The notes under the pieces: generated by a model
Told to the model about the DNA's origin: nothing
The model's database searches: none
The model's input: only the letters and a program-made list of their open reading frames with translations
In this document: positions 34,886 through 36,787 of the stretch, in pieces
How positions within the stretch are numbered: position 1 is the first letter of the stretch
Layout of the letters: each line of letters begins with the position of its first letter
Assembly: GCA_045643525.1 (NCBI GenBank)
Contig: JAZUKY010000068.1
Location: forward strand, 1 to 36,787
Direction: 5' to 3'
Origin: Candidatus Enterousia sp.
GTDB taxonomy: Bacteria; Pseudomonadota; Alphaproteobacteria; Rs-D84
DNA: 36,787 nt
Position numbers and translations under genes: made by a program

Positions 34886-36787
34886 ATGTCTGCACGAAGA
34901 CGTAGAAGAAATATTTTTTCATCATTGCGTGTGATAGGTCTGTTCTTGGTTGGAATGGGGGTGGCGTTTGTTGTTGCGTTAAATCAGTTGGATTTGGAAA
35001 ATTTACGCAGCAGTGTTTTGGATGTTTTGCGTGATTCAACCGGGGCACCTGTTGAAATAGATGGTGCGGTATCGTGGAAATTATCATTGCGACCGGTTAT
35101 TGAATTAAATAAAGTTCGTGTCCCGAATTCTGATGGAAAATGTCGAAACGTATTCAGTGCGGAAAAGATAGATGTTAGAATAAATTTATTATCATTGTTT
35201 CAGTCACGTCCCACAATTCAAAAAATAAAAATATATGATGCAAATGTTTGTGTGGAAAAAAATGAAAGTTCTTCAAAAAATAATGAACCTGATGCAGATG
35301 TATTGAAAACAGAACATGCAACGGGTAAAACACCTTTGAAATATCCATTTACAGATCCAGGATTTGGTGGCATAGAATTTAAAAATTTGACGGCAAATAT
35401 TTTTGATGAAACATACACATTGGCGGGTTTTAATGTTCATTATATGTCACGTCGTGGTAAACGTGAATATGTTGGTTGGATAAAACCGGACAAAGATGTT
35501 TTTCCGTTTATTATATCTTTTTCTGAATACAATGCGGAACGTCGTATATATCCGATGCGTGTTGCATTATCCACAGGTGGGGATGCGTTGATTGCAAATG
35601 TTGCATTAGAGGGGACCAGTCGTGCCCCAATTGATTTTATTATCAAAGGGGATATTACAGATGTGGCATCGTTGGGCAGTGTATTTAATTTAGATTTGTC
35701 ATATATGCCAAAGTTAAAGGTAAATGTCGCGGGTGGTTTTGATTGGAAAAAATTAACATTTCGTAAATCATCTGTTTCTGTTCGTGGAACACCAATTAAT
35801 TTTTCAGGAACTGTTGATTGGTCGGGGGCCCGTCCGATTATAAACGCAGATGTTAATGCAGGGCGTGTCGCATTAATTGAAATGTTTCCAAATATGTATG
35901 GTGGGGGGTATGTCCACCCCAAACGTCCACTAAATGTTTTTCATGATATTCCATTATTTGGTCATGAATTATCACAGGTTGATTTGGATTTAAGGGTAAA
36001 AATTAATGATTTGGTTATGTATCGTGAATTAGATTTACGTAATTTGGACGTTAATTTGCATTTGATTAACAGTGTTGGCCGTGTTGATGTTGCCACAATA
36101 TTTGCGGATGGAAAAATAAATGTTGGCGGAAATATAAAAATTGATAATGATGGTGTTTTAGATGTTAATGCGGCAGTTCGTGGGCGTAATATTACAATTG
36201 GAAAATTATTGGAACAAATACGTGAAAATAATTTAATTTCCGATGTGCCGGTAAATTTGGATGCGTATTTGGTTGGTTCGGGTGCGAATTTAACACAATT
36301 GATGGAAACTGTAACAGGACCGGTTCAGGCGTATTCGCAATCGGGTGGATATGCACATTCTGAATTGGTGTCATACATATATGGAACTGATTTTTTAACA
36401 TCATTGCGTCACAGTATTCAGGATTTATTTAGTTCCGAAAAAAAATATAATCAGATAAAAATATCATGTGTGACGGTAAATACAAAATTGCGTAATGGGG
36501 TTGCAGAAACCAGTGACGGGGTTGCTGTTGAAACAAATGCAATAAATGTTTGGTTAGTGGGTAATTTGAATTTGGGGGGTGAAAAAATGCATTTGGCATT
36601 AACCACCGTACCATCGCGTGGAATCAAATTATCATTAACGGGGAATGTGGTCAATTCAATTGAAATAAAGGGTAATTTGGCAGAACCCGATATTAATATC
36701 AGTGGGGCATCGATAACAGGCAAAGTTGTATCTGCCACCGTGTTGGGTGGGGTTGTCGCCACATTGACAAGTCGGAGGCCAAGCGGT
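34886..36787 (+). CDS. AsmA-family outer-membrane assembly protein (3' partial, runs off the window)
   Basis: I translated an open frame from ATG 34886 to the window end (634 codons, no stop); it is absent from the ORF track because no stop occurs in the window. N-terminus MSARRRRRNIFSSLRVIGLFLVGMGVAFVVAL (signal anchor) followed by an AsmA-like N-domain. AGGGA RBS. Confidence 0.7.
   Translation, partial: MSARRRRRNIFSSLRVIGLFLVGMGVAFVVALNQLDLENLRSSVLDVLRDSTGAPVEIDGAVSWKLSLRPVIELNKVRVPNSDGKCRNVFSAEKIDVRINLLSLFQSRPTIQKIKIYDANVCVEKNESSSKNNEPDADVLKTEHATGKTPLKYPFTDPGFGGIEFKNLTANIFDETYTLAGFNVHYMSRRGKREYVGWIKPDKDVFPFIISFSEYNAERRIYPMRVALSTGGDALIANVALEGTSRAPIDFIIKGDITDVASLGSVFNLDLSYMPKLKVNVAGGFDWKKLTFRKSSVSVRGTPINFSGTVDWSGARPIINADVNAGRVALIEMFPNMYGGGYVHPKRPLNVFHDIPLFGHELSQVDLDLRVKINDLVMYRELDLRNLDVNLHLINSVGRVDVATIFADGKINVGGNIKIDNDGVLDVNAAVRGRNITIGKLLEQIRENNLISDVPVNLDAYLVGSGANLTQLMETVTGPVQAYSQSGGYAHSELVSYIYGTDFLTSLRHSIQDLFSSEKKYNQIKISCVTVNTKLRNGVAETSDGVAVETNAINVWLVGNLNLGGEKMHLALTTVPSRGIKLSLTGNVVNSIEIKGNLAEPDINISGASITGKVVSATVLGGVVATLTSRRPSG

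Noticed and set aside
35440-36762. Minus-strand ORFs (160 aa, 103 aa and others) in the last 2 kb
   Set aside because: They overlap a continuous 634-codon plus-strand frame with an AsmA-like N-terminus and an RBS, so they are antisense shadows.

Overview
This is an AT-rich chromosomal segment from a didermic (Gram-negative) bacterium. All product calls come from motif recognition by eye, because no homology search was possible.

Gene neighbourhoods: lptE-holA-map-radC, a zapA partner gene followed by zapA and parC, uvrC-pgsA, and rluC-asmA. These look proteobacterial and most like Alphaproteobacteria (inference). A 2x[4Fe-4S] ferredoxin and an anaerobic class III ribonucleotide reductase operon (nrdD/nrdG) suggest an anaerobic or host-associated lifestyle (inference).

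The housekeeping backbone is interrupted by accessory or unassigned blocks:
- 2.8-10.6 kb: a cell-surface block holding a 1126-aa autotransporter with Pmp-type GGA[ILV]/FxxN repeats, two beta-barrel outer-membrane proteins and a secreted glycine-zipper protein.
- 16.7-17.9 kb: a self-contained two-gene cassette with its own promoter, a palindromic operator, a hairpin at its 3' end and atypical Arg codon usage.
- 18.0-19.2 kb: a membrane-anchored cysteine-rich protein built from C...W[EQ]C modules.
- 22.2-24.9 kb: a tightly spaced three-gene operon of unknown function beside the zapA locus.
- 27.8-30.5 kb: a decayed restriction-modification/helicase locus beside tRNA-Asp.

The most unusual housekeeping observation is that nrdD appears split. 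The 61-aa glycyl-radical loop is a separate ORF with its own strong Shine-Dalgarno, sitting between nrdD and nrdG.

I saw no CRISPR array, rRNA, transposase, integrase or reverse transcriptase.
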